DNA of 32,000 nucleotides, from contig NC_014537.1 in the NCBI RefSeq assembly GCF_000148385.1, positions 1,980,001-2,012,000 of the forward strand. The letters run 5' to 3'. Shown one piece after another: positions 31,010 to 32,000 of the stretch. The notes beneath the pieces were generated by a model. The model did not search any database. It worked only from the letters and a program-made list of their open reading frames with translations, and was not told where the DNA came from. This DNA is from Vulcanisaeta distributa DSM 14429. GTDB lineage: Archaea > Thermoproteota > Thermoprotei > Thermoproteales > Thermocladiaceae. Numbering within the stretch: position 1 is the first letter of the stretch; every line of letters starts with the position of its first letter. A program made the translations under genes and the position numbers.

Positions 31010-31055
31010 TAATATAAACTACTGGCTTCGCGTAGTTTAATATAGGAATTGAAAG

Positions 31056-31481
31056 TTAGCTAATACCCTTCCTTGGAGTCCTCGCGCCGCAAGCCGTGCA
31101 CACGAGCACGTATATCCTACCCTCCCTCTCAAGGTAGGTATCTATTGAGTGGCACACGGGGCACTCAACATAGAACTTAATATACCTCTCATAAACAGCC
31201 TCAAGGGTCCTCGGACTCCTCTCAGCGTATAAAACAAACGTATTGCCCTCAATATTACCTGGAAGTGCCAGCTCCTTAAGGAAGAACCTCGCTATGTGTG
31301 TTGGGTCCCTATTAAGTCTTTGAGCAACATCCCTGAAGTTCTGGATAATCGTCTTCTTAGGCTGAACTAATATGCTCAACTTAGGTATCTCCTGCCTTCT
31401 CTGAATCCTAGGTGTTATTAATGTATAGGCCTTATCCAATAACTTCATATAAAGCTCATCATAATTAACATCACTCGACAT
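31056..31481 (-). CDS. Translation initiation factor aIF2 subunit beta
   Basis: [38 protein letters not shown] and the C-terminal zinc ribbon [11 protein letters not shown]...LVCTACGA. Confidence 0.9.
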   Translation of the reverse strand: MSSDVNYDELYMKLLDKAYTLITPRIQRRQEIPKLSILVQPKKTIIQNFRDVAQRLNRDPTHIARFFLKELALPGNIEGNTFVLYAERSPRTLEAVYERYIKFYVECPVCHSIDTYLEREGRIYVLVCTACGARTPRKGIS

Positions 31482-31596
31482 ACCAACGTTAGGAGAAACT
31501 AATACTTAATAAATTCTTACTTCCATGATTTACGTTATTAATCTATCTAGGCCACGGTCAGTCTGGTTTAAAGTCTCTGCGTTTTAATAAATCATT

Positions 31597-32000
31597 AATG
31601 ACCTTACTCGTGATTAAAACCGCTAATAGGCGTGGAATGCTTCACGAAATAACCGGCGTTATTAAGGATTATACAAGCATTGAGTGGGTCTTCGTATCCA
31701 TACCCTCAGAGACCGAGAGGGTAATTGCCATGAGACTCAGCGACTCCTTACCAATAAGCGCCATTGATAGGTTGAAGAGCATTAATGGCGTTCACGATAT
31801 CTGGGCAAGCCATGAGGCACCCATGGAGCTGGTGGGCTTTGATAAGGAAATCCTTAGAAGTATATTAATGCACATGGTTCAAAGCGGTGGGGAGGTTCAC
31901 GCATTCCTAACAAAACTTGGTTACGAGATGGGCTTGTCAATGGCCAGCACAATGCTTAGGACCAAGTATGAGATTCCATCAAATGCCGCGATGAATAAGG
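31597..32000 (+). CDS. ACT-domain protein with a following V4R-like domain; 3' end runs off the window
   Basis: My translation from ATG 31597 is open to the window end: MTLLVIKTANRRGMLHEITGVIKDYTSIEWVFVSIPSETERVIAMRL... (ACT-like beta-alpha-beta-beta). It continues MELVGFDKEILRSILMHMVQSGGEVHAFLTKLGYEMGLSMAS (V4R-like). TATA-like ggtttaaagtc lies about 25 nt upstream. Confidence 0.5.

Noticed and set aside
31016-31038. Inverted repeat AAACTAC-9nt-GTAGTTT between aIF2-beta and the radical SAM gene, considered as a terminator or operator
   Set aside because: It is a 7-bp A/T-rich stem overlapping the likely TATA region and has no adjoining oligo-T tract on the relevant strand. It is too weak to call.
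1-32000. Search for CRISPR arrays, IS elements or transposases, integrases, rRNA genes, and long direct or inverted repeats
   Set aside because: Reading through the window, I saw no regularly spaced repeats, no transposase- or integrase-like ORF, and no rRNA-like sequence. The only repeats found are short (21 bp or less) and are listed individually.

Overview
Dense, mostly core chromosomal segment of a crenarchaeon. I infer Thermoproteales (Vulcanisaeta/Caldivirga-like) but cannot confirm it. The inference rests on mid-40s %GC coding DNA, A/T-rich TATA-like boxes about 25 nt upstream of many start codons (leaderless style), frequent ATGA/GTGATG start-stop overlaps, an intron-containing tRNA, and archaeal marker genes (aIF2-beta, G1P dehydrogenase, fused AhbA/B, A-type ATPase subunit C, PUA-NSUN6).

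Gene order:
- Partial atpC plus a coiled-coil gene, a PsiE-like membrane protein, ahbAB, a small wHTH protein.
- A PUA-m5C RNA methyltransferase converging on a YbaK deacylase, then galK-galT and trxB.
- A wHTH fused to a degenerate tetrapyrrole-methylase-like domain.
- A four-gene minus-strand operon: DsrE-like, TusA, SQR-like flavoprotein, DUF1641.
- An APC permease divergent from a class-III aminotransferase that is translationally coupled to egsA.
- tRNA-Cys(GCA) with a 25-nt intron, followed by a small-ORF islet.
- purA coupled to a COG2509 FAD protein, divergent from purB.
- vapB plus a decayed vapC.
- An ADC-family gene divergent from a CCG-protein / 4Fe-4S / GlcD-like FAD oxidase operon.
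- A small low-GC island: tandem-AbrB protein, Zn-ribbon membrane protein, secreted or pilin-like protein.
- A candidate C/D box sRNA, a CBS protein, an MFS transporter, a radical SAM protein, aIF2-beta, and a partial ACT/V4R gene.

No CRISPR array, transposase, integrase or rRNA was seen.

Best candidates for something under-described:
1. The DsrE/TusA/SQR-like/DUF1641 sulfur-relay operon (8893-11400).
2. The roughly 21% GC island with surface proteins and an AbrB-type regulator (25826-27300).
3. The aminotransferase-egsA coupling.
4. The wHTH plus pseudo-methylase fusion.
5. Two unannotated C/D box sRNA candidates.

All functional calls come from motif recognition by eye. No database search was run.
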